Below, piece after piece: positions 37,124-51,100 of a stretch of DNA of 64,000 nucleotides. The notes beneath the pieces were generated by a model that saw only the letters and a program-made list of their open reading frames with translations, searched no databases and was not told the DNA's origin. Source of the DNA: Phoronis australis (taxonomy: Eukaryota > Animalia > Phoronida); assembly GCA_002633005.1 (NCBI GenBank), contig NMRA01000471.1, positions 182,386-246,385 of the forward strand, in the 5' to 3' direction. A program made the position numbers and the translations under genes. Every line of letters starts with the position of its first letter. The first letter of the stretch is position 1.

Positions 37124-40080
37124 ATGTCCAGTGACCTTCGCGATGATGATGCACTACTTGAAGATGAAGCATCAGACAGCTTACAACCGTTGCCATCGGA
37201 TACATCCATTTCCGATTTATCTCCAGCACAGCAGGAGGCTATTGCTAACAACCAACAAGTGCTTGAACAGGTTAACTATATAAGGACAACCTATTTTTGT
37301 CGTTAGTAATAGGAACTGAAATACTTATTCACTATGAGGGGAAATTTTTATAAACAGTCAAAACTCAAAAATATTATGTTCACGACCTCGGTGTGTTTCT
37401 ACTTTTGATGTATATAACTTGTAACTGTAGTGGTAATTATGGTTTTATTATCAAGAAGCTGCATGGTGACAGGTATTTGTAATTGGGTCGTCAGCTGTAC
37501 TTGGGTCATCAGCTATCAGCTACACTCTGTTTAATGGTTTGGTAACTCTCCACTTAGTTTGTACAAAAATAAAATTGCCAAAGTTGTCATTGTTCCATTT
37601 CTCAAAGGTGGATTACTTTGCTACAAGTAATGGAAACTTTACCAAAATGTTGTTTTATATCTCCACGGTACAGAGTATGTTCATAATGAACTAAAATTTA
37701 GAGTGCAATTTAGGTACAATCTTTTATTTGTTTTATGCTCGATTATTGATCCCTTTGGATGTGACTTAGGCTAACGCTATACATTTCCAGATTTTAAAAG
37801 CCAAGAAAGGTGAACCTAGTAAATTCCAGAGTTTTTGGGAGAAGGATGAGGAAGATGTTGATCTTGATACAGAGGAACAGATAAGAAGTGAGTGGTTTGT
37901 ATACGATGGGATGATCAATCATTTTATATAATGGGACGATCACAGTGTATACGATGGGTGGATCACAGATTGTGTACCATGGGATGATCACGCTTTGCAT
38001 ACGATGAGACAATCACACATTGTATCCGATGGGATGATCACACTTTGTATATGATGAGATGATCACACACTGTATACAATGGGGTGATCACACACTGTAT
38101 ACAATGGGCTGACCACACATTGTATACAATGGGATGATCATGCTTTGTATACGATGGAACGATCACACGTTTCATTTGTTCATGTTTGGTTTTGCAAACT
38201 GTGATGTATTTGTCTTGTTACTGGTCACATTTGTGGCCTGCGTCATGAACTCTGACTTATGGCTTAAGTCAGAAATGTATTAAGGATTCTCTTCAATATT
38301 GTTTGTGAAGAATTACAATGTAGTTGTTAGCATAATGCAGTTAAGAAATATTTTGTGCATTGAATTATCTACATATCTTGCATCATGCAGTAGTTTGAAT
38401 GTGCCTCAGTAAGACGAAACTGGAGTTAAGTGAAAATTCATCTGATGGGAATTATGCTGTAGTCTCTTGTAAGATTTTTTACTAAAGTAAGATTAGATTA
38501 ATTCTTAATTGTATGTTACATAATACCAAATTTCTGACTAAAGTCCAGTTCTATGGAACAGGTCCTTGGTTGAAGGCTGCTTTTGAATTTTCAAAATTTG
38601 ACTGTAACCATAATGTTAAGTGTCGTGACAGGGATACAGAATTTTGCTGCACACTGGTTCTGTAGATATGGTTATTTGTCAAAAAATGGTCAGTTTTTGT
38701 TACGGTTACTTTAAAACCATTGAGTGTACATACCTACTTTCAGCCGTGCCAAGTAAACGTATGTTATGGGCTGCTGAAAACAACATGATGGAGGTTGCTA
38801 AAGAACTGTTAGAGAAAGATAAGAGTCTTATTCATAGCAGAGACAGGGACCAGTACACTCCATTACACAGAGCGTGCTATAATGGCCATGTTGATATGGT
38901 CAAGGTAATCAAACTCAATAATAGTGTGTGTCAGTTGTTGTCAATGCTCGATCTGTTTGTGCATACGGTTCTGTCAAGACCTATCTCCAAACTGGGTAAA
39001 TATGGAAATTTGCAGAGTTCAGTATGGTTCTGGTGAGTAGTTTTGCCAAACGCACGATTTGTGTAGTTTCTCTACCCATACTATTCCTTCATCATTATGT
39101 AAGTGAATGAGAGCTGAAATCACTATCAGAGTTTGGAACGATTCCAAAGTCGAGCATTACAGTCGAACTTTGATCTCCTAAACCCCACTCCCGCACTTGT
39201 GGACAAACCTGCTGTACAAATTCTGTACTTGCGTCCTTCAACTCCACACGCAGAACTACTAGGTGACCAGACTCTCTGCGCCAGACTCATGTCTTACACC
39301 CATGGTCCAGCATTTCCGTTGGAACCCGTTTTCTCTTATTCTGAATACTGTTGGCTCTTTCTGCAGGTTTTACATGGTCTCTTGTATGTGACGTTATGTT
39401 TTCATGCATGGTACCCAACTTTTTCAATCATTCATAATTTGTTTTTCATCTTGTACGTTGATGTTCATTTGTTCTACAGTGCTGCCTACAGGGAGATAAT
39501 TGAACAAATTGATGGTATTACCTCAGTCATTCATTAGTTTTGTTTCATTGAGCATTGTAATTACCAGGGGTAGAGTTTTGGTATACAAAACTTTGGCCAA
39601 AAGGTGTTGCATTAGTCTGTCTATATGTACTTATTAAGGCAGGTTACGTATTTCGGTTACCCCAGGTAAACTAAAACTATAGCATGAATATTCTTTCAAC
39701 TATCACCATTTTGCTTGTAGTTCCTCCTTAAGCAAGGTGCAGACATTGGTGCCACCACTGTCGACTGTTGGCAGCCTCTACACAGTGCCTGCCGGTGGAA
39801 CAACGTCAATGTGGCCACAGTTCTGGTCCAACAGGGGGCTGATGTCAACGCACAGACGGAGGGGGGACAGACACCTCTGCACCTAGCTGCGCAGAACAGC
39901 GAGGACTGTAAACCAATATTGGAGATGTTACTGATGAATAGAAAGATAAAGCCTCATTTGAAAAATAACCAAGGAGAAACTGCATACGATGTGTGTGCAC
40001 GCTCCAATGAGTTTCTCTGTTTGTTCGAAGTGTCAGAGCCCAGCATCAATGAGTTGAAGCCCAAGCCAGCGGCTACATGA
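37124..40080 (+). CDS. ANKRD49: Ankyrin repeat domain-containing protein 49-like, 4 exons, ~254 aa
   Basis: Exons 37124-37270, 37791-37887, 38744-38904, 39721-40080 (765 nt, phases consistent); motifs LWAAEN..DRDQYTPLHRACYNGH, WQPLHSACRWNN, ADVNAQTEGGQTPLHLAA. Confidence 0.9.
37895..38170. repeat. ~30-bp degenerate minisatellite in ANKRD49 intron 2
   Basis: tgtatacgatgggatgatcacac-like units, ~9-10 copies, starting just after the donor. Confidence 0.85.
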
Positions 40081-42109
40081 CAGTGTTGTTGTTACATAGA
40101 TGTTGTTTAGCTTGTTTTATATGTTTCTATTGTGTTTTTGAATTAAAGTATTTGTTATACTTTTTTAATTTTCTTGTTGATGGTTTATTAGCTGCAAATA
40201 ATTCATAATACATAAATGATCTCAAATAAATGATCTCCAAGATTCTGTACTTGGCCACAGCACTTCCTTGGAGCATGAAGGTTTGTATATATTCAGCCAA
40301 TCAGAGGAGGCTTGCTATGAACTTATGCATTTATCAAGCACAAAAAGGTTTGGTCTATTCTTTTTATGGCATGTTACCGTCTCTTGGATTTTCCTTTAAA
40401 CTAGGTTGCTTGCTTGGTTTATTTGAAATGGATTACTGGTGTGTAACATGTATTGCCAGAAAGTCTTCAGTGAGCTCTGGTCAATCATCTTTTCAATCCT
40501 GAATTCCAAGCTTGGAAAATCATGCTTCTTAATAAGCTCGACTAAAGTTGCTGGTCAGTAAGTTTATTCAAGCTGTTTGCGAGTCAAGTGTTAATTTCAA
40601 GTATTCAAGGCCATACGCCCAAAGTACAATTTAATACAGCAACTATAAGCAGATTATCTTTTAGTGAACTCTAGTCACAAAACAACTCATTTTCTTAGCC
40701 ATCTAGGACAAAAATAAAAATTCCTTGGCTTGTATGCACGCATAGTGTGTAATATGGCAGGTCTTTTAAAGTTTGAATATTGGCAGTGCTTGAATAAGGT
40801 CACGTACTTTTTGCTGGATTGATTTTGCCGGTGGATTATTCAAGCTCGATGAATTCACCATCTTATTTATTTCACCCCCACTCCAGTTGGTAAATAATCA
40901 AAATGGATCTTTCTTTCATCAATCAACAAACGTTACTTCATAATTCAAAACGTTAACAAACCATGGTCCAAACGAGTGACTTTTAATGTAAATTTAGCAG
41001 TAAAAGTTTACTTTTACTGCTAAACGCACCAATCAGCGAGTACTTGCATGTTCTTGACCTGATTAATCCAAATTTTCGCGGGAGGCTAGAGTACAATAAC
41101 AGATTTACCAAATCCCAAACAAAAGTATTTTTCCATATTTACAAAAAAAAATTGTTGAATGTTTATCGTGAATTTTTGATTGATAGAATGTCGATGTTTA
41201 ATTGACTCAAATTCAAAGCAATTGTCATTCAGGATCAGAGTTTCCAATATCAAACACAAGCGAGTAGGATGTTATAATTTTGAAATAAAACTGTTAAAAA
41301 AGTAAGTGTACCATTTGCTTTTCACCCAATTTCTAGGAAACTGAGAACGTGCACATAATCCATAGGTGTATGCGTTTGGGAGGAATTTCCGGAAAATTTG
41401 AAATACATCTTAGGAATATTCATCTTGTGGTCAGAGAACTTTCATTCTGCACACATCTACCACAATCGTAGTCGTCTTTGTGTTCCTTGTAAGTGCTGCC
41501 ATCTGCTGAGAGACAGTAGAATTAGTGTAGAAAAAGATGTGTGTTCAAACTGACTTTATTCTCATGCAGTAGGTTTAACAATAATACATCAGAACCATGG
41601 CAATGATCAGACCCAACACATCCTTAGAGGATACTGAGACACTTTTGACTATTTGAGATTAAATCGAATGTCAATTACAATCACTTGCCAGAGGACAACG
41701 ACTGCCTTCAACTACTGAGTCATGATATAAGAAAGAAGATGAATAATCAATCAGTTTTTTCCTTTTCAATCGGTGGAGACTAAAACTTTCACATGTAATT
41801 TTTAAGAAGTTTCACCTGGTCTTGCCATGGGACAGACCAATCCTCCAATTCCAAAGCCCACATGTCAGCTGCTGGATTTCTATGACCATAATACTGTTTG
41901 CTACGGGACATAATTTTATTTCCTTCATTAACATTCAAGACAAGTTTGATCAATCTCATAATTGGGTCAACATCGCTGTCAATCAAATCGTAACAACTGA
42001 GGGGCACGTCAAAAGAACGTTAAAACACATCAGATCGACAAATTAATAAAACTTCTAAACATTTGTTAAGCTCTGCATCAATCCACCACACACATTGTCC
42101 TCGGTATCC

Positions 42110-45100
42110 TCATGTCGGCACGCCATCTGTTCCTTTAGCAGCCCACAAACTTGTTATTTTTGCTATAAACAACTTCATGTACTCTTGCAGAGCTGCCACG
42201 AAGTCCCCGAGCATAGTGTAAAATTTTTCACTGAAAAATACGCAATTTCTTCAGTTAGAACTTTGGAGAACCTTGCATTCATAATAGGGTCAATTCCATG
42301 TTTTTGCTAATTGCAAACTATCAGCTCTATTCTCCCTCCAAAACAACTGTACAGTATCAAGATGCGACTCTATATTTTGCTGTTTACATTACATGTCCAT
42401 TAGTTACTCATTAGCAATTTGAACAAACACCTTAACATAATTACATCATCAAAAATGACGATTTTTAATATTTAAAGCCAAAAAGAAGACAAGACTGAAC
42501 AGTGAAGTGGTTCACCAGTTTGGTGACAATCGTGGAGGAACCCATGGGCCGTGAATTGAAACATTTTTACAGACGCACCAAAATTCCTCTGTACTATAAT
42601 TGTTAACTATTCATATCACGTAGCACAATCTGCTCCTCACAGCAAAATTGAAAATAAAAAATCAAACATGGAATCTTTCTCGAGTCGGACAGGCAAATCC
42701 TGTCGACATTTAACTTGGACAAAAGTCTGTGGTGCATTCATTTGTATCAGACAATTGCATGCTCCACTGTATTAAATAATCTGAGCCTAAACAACTAGCA
42801 CTGCCAAGATGACACAGATGATTCTCAACTTACGTAAACACGTTTTCCTGCAGCCACGTTCCACAGGCTTGCACTCCTGCCACCAGGTGGCTCCACCACA
42901 ACACACAGTAGTGCTGTAGTAGAACCCAAGCTAACGTCAGTTTTTCCACACAATATATATAGACCCAGTGGTTACGGACCTGTGAAACAATATAAGAGTT
43001 GTGAACATTTGAACTTTAAGAAAATCAGCTTTTCACACGCACAGGCTAAACAAAAACAAGGACGCTAACTTTAAAGTTCTGTACAGTGTTAGGTCAAGCC
43101 AAATCTCCACTTTCAAGTTCACATCGTCAAATCTTTTTACAGAAATCACCTGGCAGTATCATTTGATCTGTGAAAAACACCAAAACTATATCCTTGCAAT
43201 GAAAAATAGTAAAATTTATTGCTTCAAAAAACACACAGTCTGTGGTTTCATCAAAACACAATTGAAATCTGGCAAGAAGAGCCGAGACACTAAATGGTGA
43301 CTGCATTTTCGTGTTTCCAGTCAACAAGCAACAAGCTGGATGCAATAAGATTCTACGACAATGAGCTTAATATTTAATTCCTGGCCTTGAACCAATACAT
43401 TTATGAACTAAAGATGACCTCTTCTGTAATATAACATAACTACGTGTATTTAAAACACAGTCTCCATTCATTAAAACAAGACCAGCATCAACATGGAAGA
43501 ATTGACAACATGGCCAGCATAAACGAGTAATATCAGACGATCTATTTGTATCAATGTATGCCCAACACAACACTTAATCAACGCATGGGTTTTCAAAGAA
43601 ACATTGTCAGTCAGTTTAGCTTCACCAGATGCTATGGCCAAAACTGAGAAGGAAACCAATCAAAAATAACAGTAAATAACACAAAAATAAAACTATACAA
43701 AAAATTAGTTGATTTTTGTTCTGAACTCTTGATTTTAGACAAGGGATTTGGTCAAATCTTCATCTCAAAAACTAGATTGTGCATGACTGTCTGAATGAAA
43801 GAACAAATCAAGAAAAACATTAAAATCAATGAATCCATTATTAAGAATCTGGTGGTTTAATATCACTGCACCCAGAAAGTTGTCACTCACAGTTTCTAAC
43901 CAGATGGGTACGTTATGTGCAAGCCAGGCTCTTTGTGTCTTTGTCATTTCTACCAGCCATGAACAGGCATGTTGTAATGACTCCCAGATGACTTGTAGTG
44001 TTGGGCCCACCAGCTCCACAAACTTTGTATAGTAGTAAGGAACATTCTCCTGAAGCCAGCTGTAATGGCGAGTATAAACTAGAGTGACTGTGAAGACTGT
44101 ATATGTACAACGGCTTGGAACGTCAATCAATGGAAAAAGGAGCACATTCATGTAATTATGTGGAACCTTTAGCCTACAAACACACCTGTTGTGGTGAGTC
44201 ATTAGACAGAGACGGTCCCTTCTTTATTGCAGTTCCAAGTGTATATAGTCTCCCCTTTAAGAAACATGATACTAAAGTGATACAGAACATTTAAAAGACT
44301 GCTAGGAAAGCTTCAGTCAGCGATATAGGTAATCAGACATGGACCGTTCTGTTACATAACATAAAGTTAATAGGTTGAAAATAATGAATCATTAATGCAA
44401 CGCCTGTCAGTATGTGGTCAGTGTCAGACAGTGTTGAGCCCTGCACTGCCCCTTAGTGGCAGTATTATATTTTTTGCTTTGCCTCAATACCTACTTTGTA
44501 GGAGGATCTTTCTCGAAATTTGTAGATTAGATTTCATCAAGGACGAAGCAGCACTTGCTCATTTTTGAACAGTTCTGACTTTCTCCTTATACTGGCAATT
44601 TTATAAGTTATGTTTATTCTAAAAAAATTAAACCGAGACGGGCAAGAGATCTTTTATCTATGGAGCTGCTATAATATGGAATTCTTTTAACCCACAAATT
44701 AAACGGTCCAATTCAATTACTACCTTTAAAGTAAATATTAAAAAGTGGCTGTAATTTACTTGACCTTTTATACCCTGCTTGTCTTAATCATGTCATTTTT
44801 TCATTGTCGTAAATACTCTCACTGTCTAGAATCATCTCTTAATTTATTTCATCTGTCTTGGTTAAATTTTTACCATTACTTGTCATTTAGTTTTTGTCTT
44901 AATTCTCAACCTGTTTTAATTGTATCTTTGTTACGTATATTTCATTGTTGTTTTATTACTTCATTTTATTTTATTACTGTTTTTTCTTGTTGAGGGCCCT
45001 CTTGGAAAGCAGTGCTATCACTGAAGAGGCCACCCTCATTTTAAATATCACAATAATAAANAATCCTGTCATTTTTCATTGTCGTAAATACTCTCACTGT

Positions 45101-48100
45101 CTAGAATCATCTCTTAATTTATTTCATCTGTCTTAGTTAAATTTTTACCATTATTTGTCATTTAGTTATTGTCTTAATTCTCAACCTGTTTTAATTGTAT
45201 CTTTGTTACGTATATTTCATTGTTGTTTTATTACTTCATTGTATTTTATTACTGTTTTTCTTGTTGAGGGCCCTCTTGGAAAGCAATGCTATCACTGAAG
45301 AGGCTACCCTCATTTTAAATATCACAATAAAAATAATAATAAATAAAATAATATTATTATTATCGTATAGTAGTCACCTCTCTATCTGCCAAAACTTGAG
45401 ACATTCATCGTAACAAGTTAGGTGAACATGACCGGCATTGATTATTGGATGAATTCACCAGTTTCAGTGCCCCCTAAAGGGAAAATACAGTCATATTTTG
45501 TGCCATTCGAAATATTCCAGGATTGCATTGAAAGTCACTTTACTACTCACACATTCAACTTAGCACCATAGAATCCCAAGCGACTCCATAAATGTTCCAG
45601 TATAGGCAGTAGTCCCAACTCGGCAAGAATGCCAGCTGTGCGCGACCCTACAACATAGAAGAGTAGGGTCACAGACCAATCAAGTATAAGTGGGGCACTA
45701 AACTCTTGCTAGAGCCAGATATGCCAGAATTTTTATGTTCACTTTTGTGTCATTTTCATGCAAAGATTATGTGAAACTCCCAGGTCTCACCTGCGCTTTC
45801 AAGGGTCCCATCCCAGGTCTCACCTGCAGTTTCAAGAGTCCCAGGTTCAAAACTGACAAGACCTGGTCACGTATCTTTAGTGTCGTCATGTTTCAAACAT
45901 CCAGAATAAAACTTAATATAAAAGATGGAATCTCAGATAAGAATTGTAGTCATTTCTAACAAGAGACAGTACAAATTGCAAACATGAGCCCATTTAACCT
46001 TGACCTTGCTAATTCTCACCTTTGAAAGTGGCGCTAACATAAACGTCATACGCCACCACAGCCAAGAGTGTAGCAAACAGAAAGAATAGCAGTGACCCCC
46101 AGGGGAAACCACTCCTCTCTAACTTGTCCAGTAATTGCTGGAATGATAGAGAGCAAAAATTAGATCATAGAACTTGTGACAACAGATGTCTCTCCCAGTA
46201 CTGTACTTATTATTATGTATGTTACTGTGCTGTCACATCATGTCTTCTATTTGAATGGGAGACTTCACATTCATCAGGTGGCGCTTGTGGAGATCCCTTG
46301 TTGCATAATCTGAACAGAGTGAGAATAGAAAGCTGTTCACCAGCACAGCGGGTGTTCCTGGGATAAGTGTCAAAACTATTTCCTTATAGTGTGCATTTAT
46401 TCACCACTGTTGTCTCACTTGCGACATCTACTGGATTTCACTAGATACTACATATGCTGATACACTATATATACCTCTCAATCAGTTCATATTGTACGAT
46501 TCAAACATGCGCCTTTGATAATAAAAAACAACCTCAAAGTTTATAGCAACACTAGAACATCTACAGACAATACAAGCAGTGTACATGTTCTAGCATTCCC
46601 ATTCAAACACAGACAGTTTGTACACAGCTGGATCATGATAACCAGGAGGGTGTGTCGCACTCATGAGAATGTTAATCAACCTCTGGTCCAAACACCTGCT
46701 ACACATCAAACATCATACGGCCTGTATCATATCACCCAATCCAACTCACCTGACAACACTTAATACACCCCTGCACCCCTCATTCAGCCCCCTGACCCTA
46801 CTCAACTCGGCTGACATGACTTAATATACTTCTGCACCCCTCATTCACCACTCTGACCCCACTCAACTCGGCTGACATGACTTAATATACTTCTGCACCC
46901 CTCATTCACCACTCTGACCCCACTCAACTCGGCTGACATGACTCAATACACCCCATCACCCCCCTGACCCTATCCAACTCACTTGACATGATTTGATACA
47001 CTCCTGCACCCCCTCATTTTGTCCACGCCCATGTGATGTCATTTCCTCATTCGTAATGCTGAACGCTCGAATTGTCTCCTTTGTAATAGTCAAATCCAGT
47101 TTCTTCTTCATTTCCGGCCAATTATCATTCAAGTGATCCAACAAAACACTGTAACAGAAATCTGGCCAATCAAAAAGAAGCTACTAACTTTTTAGGTCAT
47201 GCAATCCTAAGCAATAGCCAATGAATACTCCCAGAAGATTTCAATAATAAATAATTATCCTGTTTCCAACTCGGCAACAATTCTGTACTAAATATGCACA
47301 GGAGAAGATCGTAGCTGGAATTTATAAGGTACTGCCAAGGAATTGTATTCGCTCTGTTAAATCCAGCTCTGTATTAGGATTTTTAACACCTGAGATGGAG
47401 TACTCACCTTGTCTGAGTCATCTGCTTCAGGTAAACCTGCCTCCACACACTGAAACAGTGTCGGTCAGTGGTCAAGCATGTCACCAAACTGGACATGAGC
47501 TGTAACGGAACAAATGGACGTTTGGCTATGTTGTAAGATCACAATTATTGGAATTCACCACACCTAAACAATCAAGACTGTACGATAAAGTAGCCATTTT
47601 TCACGCTAAGAGACAGCTAACTCATTCAAGCTTGACTCCCATTATTAAGCAAACTGAGCAACATTTACTAAGACTGTAAGAAATCACAAATTAAAAAGGC
47701 CAACAAGCACGGTCAAATATAGTTAGACTATTTACACGTTCAATAACCTTGATTCCAATAGACTGAGTTCAAGTTTTTGGTGTTTTAGATTTTGTGAAGT
47801 TTTTGGCCTCATGTCTATTTGGTTACATAACACATTACATCGTCTGAGGATAACTACTGACCTCTGCCTTCAGTACTGGAGGGCAATCTGGTTTGGCCCT
47901 GGTCAGAAAAGATGGGAAGAAAAGTCTCAGTGTCTCACTAGGCTTGTCTCCGAATGCAACGGTCTAGAAATGACATAAAAGGGCGGAGTTACGTATATCA
48001 AACAATTGTCTTGAGCAGTGTACAGACATATCTCTAAAACAGCTGTTATAAGTTATAAGCAATGATCCCGAACTTAAAGGTCACCTCAATGTCACAGACC

Positions 48101-51100
48101 AGCATTTCATGTTCCCTTAAATATTCAAAAAAACTTAAATTTTGCTCTGATGAGAAGGCACATTACTAAACAATCAAAGACAATTTTAGTACAAGCAGTA
48201 CACTGCTTCCATCCACAATGTCTGACTCAAGGAATTGCCGAGATGAACAAATTAAAGAGACTGTACATAGAAAACTCCTAGAAATTATATCATGCATTGG
48301 AACTTAGTCACCGTCAGTGGGCTTCAAACAAGCCGATGGTGTGTACGCAACTCATACCTTTAGTTTAGGATAAAGTGCCAACAACTTCTTCTGCAAGTGT
48401 TTTGGCAGACTGCTGTTGGCAGTAAACACGAGGTCAAGGAGAGGGAAGAAATCTTTGAAGGTCATGGCATCTGATGCCATCTTCAGGTCTGAGTGATACC
48501 TGCAGCAAGTTAAATGATGTACTAATTAGCTAAGATAGGTACTCTGTATATAACTCTACCTACTTTAACATGGTAAAGGAGTACTCCAAGATTTTTCCTT
48601 ACTTGATAAAGCATCTACGCTCACAAAAATTGGAAAAGGTCGCAAGTGCCATTTATGTGACAAAATCAACACAACAGAAAAAAGTTGGTTTTCAGAGCAA
48701 CCCCTAGACGTTCTTTTCAGTTGATACACCGTGCGTTGTGGTGTAAAAGCTGAATTGATTAGTATGACGACCATCAAGTTGCATCTATTAAAGGAACATC
48801 CATCAGTTTTACAACCGCAAAACATATTTTTGGGATTACTGTGGAAAGGAAGAGACTTCCTGAAGTAATTGCTGAACTTTGACCAGAACATACAACATCT
48901 GTTGTATTTCACAACTGCTCGCCATTGTCAGCCAGACATTTACTGCAATCGAGCCAGTTAAGTGCACTTTAAGCGACATTATCAATTTGGTGACCAAGAG
49001 ACGCAACTTTGGGATTATTGATAGATACTTTTTGAAGTTATTAGCTTTGACCAGAGGTATACAACAATGAAAATTCATTGTTTGTATAATTTGAATACAA
49101 ATAGCCAATTCTCACTATTGTCTGCCAGAAATTTGTAGAAATCAAGGTAAGTGACTTCACTAGTAAAATATGCTTAAAATTAAGGTAAGTGACTTCACTA
49201 GTAAAATATGCTTAAAATCAAGGTAAGTGACTTCACTAGTAAAATATGCTTAAAATACTCTGACACCTTTAAATGTGTGAGACTTTGGCTCAGCAGAAGA
49301 TCTTACAGCTCCTACTGAAATGGTAGTGGGTTCCATTCTGCATTGCTACTAATTTCTGTGAAAGTAATCTTCTCACCAAGAATGCACCTTTAAAATACTC
49401 TGACATTTATCTCTTAGAGCTTAGTGACAACAGCAAAGAGTAAGGTTACAGCCACTGGGGTTCCAGGTTCGATTCCGTGCTGGAGCTAAGTTAAACATTC
49501 ACTTTTCTTGACGATAATGTCACTTTAAGACCACAAAAGTATAACAAAAAGTGTCCTACTCAAACAGCTTCTCAAGGTAGTCCACGGCGTATGGCGACAG
49601 GCTTCTCAACTTCAACATAGGAACCATCAACTCAACCCAAACTGAAAAACACCAAACACCATTTTTGAGACACCAACAGACTGAAAGTGAAAACACTTTT
49701 GAAACACTTACACATTACAAATAACATCACTTTTCAAAGACTAATAGATTGCAAATGACACCATTTTTAAACACCAATACATTGCAAACAACAACATTTT
49801 TCAAACACCAATAAAATGCAAACAACAACACTTTTCATCCAACTCTTCAAGAGCTTTCAGTGTTCACGCTACAACATTTTCTTTTGATTTCATCACTTTG
49901 CCAATTATCCTTCCATCATTTAAATATGACTGACAGGTGCATCACTCAGACCTTACCCTTCAGACCATTCATCAAGTTCTTAGAACCACACTGTCCCATG
50001 GCCCACATGATTGACAGACACCTCAGAGGTCGATTCTGGTTACTTTTTAGCAACTCCAAATTCTGCAACACAACAGCACATCAGCTAAATTGGACGAGTT
50101 TGGCAAGTCGTGTTAATGAAACACGTCTTTAAAATTTTTGAAATATTTAACCAAAATAACTTCATTCCAAGTTTGTGTTACTCTGTTGCTATAGTAACAA
50201 TTGCTCCGCAAGCTTGGCTAATATTTATCAAGTTTGAAATGTTTCCAATCTTGAATAACAACACTTATTTGTTTCTTCATACTATTGTCAGTAACAATTA
50301 TTTAACCTAGTATGTACTTTATCTTCCATTGTAAGGTTGAGCTGTAAATATCTGGTTATTAACCCATACAGTTACAGTGGGACATAATGACTGGATGGAC
50401 AAATGTGAGTCATGCTACCAGGTCATGTGATAGTTGAACCACTACAATGCCTAAGGATGACTGAACTCAAGTACAATAGAACTTGAATTTTTGTTTTGGG
50501 TTTTGTACAATTCAATACTCAAAATGAGGATATCAATAGATTATTACACATCCTCGACAACCATTTCTGTAATCTGGAGGACTCATCAAGGAAGGGACAC
50601 TAGCACCAAATGTGACAATTCCACCAAATCCAACTCGGGGACTAAATATGGCAAATAAAAGCCTCATCTTGGACTAACTTATATCAATGTATCAGTGGCA
50701 ACAAAATAAAGGTTAAAATTAAGGCTAATAATTTGTCAAAATGATCACTCCACCTTGTCCATATCTTGCACACAAATCTCCGGCTTGTTGTAAGCAATGA
50801 GTTGGATGAAGACACGGTATCCGTAGGTGGGAACATTCTTGGCCATGTTGTTGATCATTGATTGGACGCAGTGATCAAAGAACAAGAGTAGGGTCGCAGT
50901 CTTACATTCATTCAGTGTACGGTTGAGGAGGCTGCGTACAGACTTGGTCAATTTACATGATGGGAAGTCTGCAAGTGACAAAGTAGAACGGTTGAAAGCC
51001 ATTAATGACCACAAGATGGGGGTTCAAAGGTCAGCTTCGTGAGACCACACATATAGAAAACCTAATTAAACGAGTAGCAACAACATATACATGAACTGCA

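Noticed and set aside
44785-45350. Double LINE 3' UTR as a biological duplication
   Set aside because: The second copy starts exactly at the N at 45061; likely overlapping haplotype ends.
49143-49256. Triplicated splice donor AAG|GTAAGT
   Set aside because: It is on the strand opposite to TMEM214 and no plus-strand exon is evident.
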